Assembly (NCBI GenBank): GCA_963745075.1
Contig: CAVUWV010000013.1
Location: forward strand, 1-64,000
DNA: 64,000 bases
Source of the DNA: Candidatus Hydrogenedentota bacterium
Lineage (GTDB): Bacteria; Hydrogenedentota; Hydrogenedentia; Hydrogenedentales; SLHB01
Reading direction: 5' to 3'
Position numbers and translations under genes: made by a program. Within the stretch, counting starts at the first letter, position 1, and each line of letters begins with the position of its first letter. Shown one piece after another: positions 63,291 through 64,000 of this stretch. The notes under the pieces are model-generated. The model saw only the letters and a program-made list of their open reading frames with translations. It did no database searches and was not told where the DNA came from.

Positions 63291-64000
63291 ATGGTAGATA
63301 TCCACGTCTCATCGGATGAATTAAACAGTCCGCGTGTGGAAGAAATCATCGCCATTGAAAGTGCAGGCAAAAATCAAGACAGTGTTGCATTTCTTGAGGA
63401 CGTTGAAAGGCCGTTTCACGAAAATCCGAGCTTCTACTATAGCGTAGCGTCTGGGATCATGGCCTTTATCGCATGGATTATCGTGGAACCACTTATCAAC
63501 GAGGGACAGTATAGGAGTCCGTTCGTCGGCTTATTGTTCTTTATGGTTCCCGCAGCCTTGATCGGACTTGCTCTGGGCATGGTTTACGGGATATCCAACC
63601 GAAATCCGTCCCAAGCGGCGTACTGCGGTGGAGTAGGATTCGGCTTGGGAATTCTACTCGCTATTCCAACAAGTCTCCTCGGTGGGTTTGTTTACGCAGA
63701 TAGGTTCAGCGTTTGTGTTTTCTTTAATCGATACGCCAATCGCAAGCATTCGCGATTTTCCTTCCAGTAGCCTTCGTGATTCAGATGTGTACTCGATCTT
63801 GTGCCTGGGCAATCGTGGCAGCCGCAGCTAGCCTACCACTTGAAATCGCTTCTGAGAAGCAAGAAACTGGCGGGAGTAGGTCTCATGGGCGGCATTGTTG
63901 GAGGAGCTGCTGGAGGACTCTTATTTCGATCCGGTGTCTTTTCTTTTTATGCCAAATGCCACAGAAGCGTGGCTAAGCCGTATGGTCGGGTTAAATGCAG
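63291..64000 (+). CDS. Polytopic Gly-rich membrane protein of the Ubl operon, frameshifted and cut by the window end
   Basis: Several TM helices in 63291-63770; continuation in other frames (RSCAWAIVAAAA..., GVGLMGGIVGGAAGGLLF...). Confidence 0.65.

Overview
GC-rich bacterial chromosomal segment, probably from a diderm, metagenome-type genome. The gene repertoire recalls Hydrogenedentota/PVC-type bacteria, but the lineage cannot be fixed from this window. In order it carries: a frameshifted carboxypeptidase-regulatory-like repeat protein; sufBCDSU-nadA; a URO-D family gene; an alpha/beta hydrolase; an XRE-HTH/degenerate adenylate-cyclase gene directly upstream of ahcY; a complete alternative complex III plus SCO plus caa3 (A2-type) oxidase operon; a TolC-RND-MFP efflux operon; sialate O-acetylesterase, acyl-CoA dehydrogenase and two Gfo/Idh/MocA genes; two tandem paralogous ~28-aa membrane microproteins; slyD-like PPIase, a GT4 and a Zn-ribbon/kinase/TPR/WD40 protein; udk, an AP-superfamily gene and tyrS; the tRNA(Thr,Tyr,Gly,Thr)-tuf-tRNA(Trp)-secE-nusG-rplK-rplA cluster, followed by metK instead of rplJL-rpoB; two further small ORFs; and a Pro/Gly-rich EF-hand protein divergent from an OmpR-family two-component system. 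After a repeat-rich spacer comes a more AT-rich island encoding a bacterial ubiquitin-like system (YukD-like Ubl, E1, membrane-anchored Rpn11-like JAB protease, polytopic membrane protein), cut by the window end. Best leads: (1) the Ubl-E1-JAB(TM) island; (2) the HTH plus catalytically dead cyclase as a candidate new SAH/adenosine-sensing regulator of ahcY; (3) the unannotated paralogous microprotein pair. Several single-base frameshifts, including one in tuf, point to indel errors in the assembly, so pseudogene calls are provisional. All calls come from motif reading by eye; no database searches were run.
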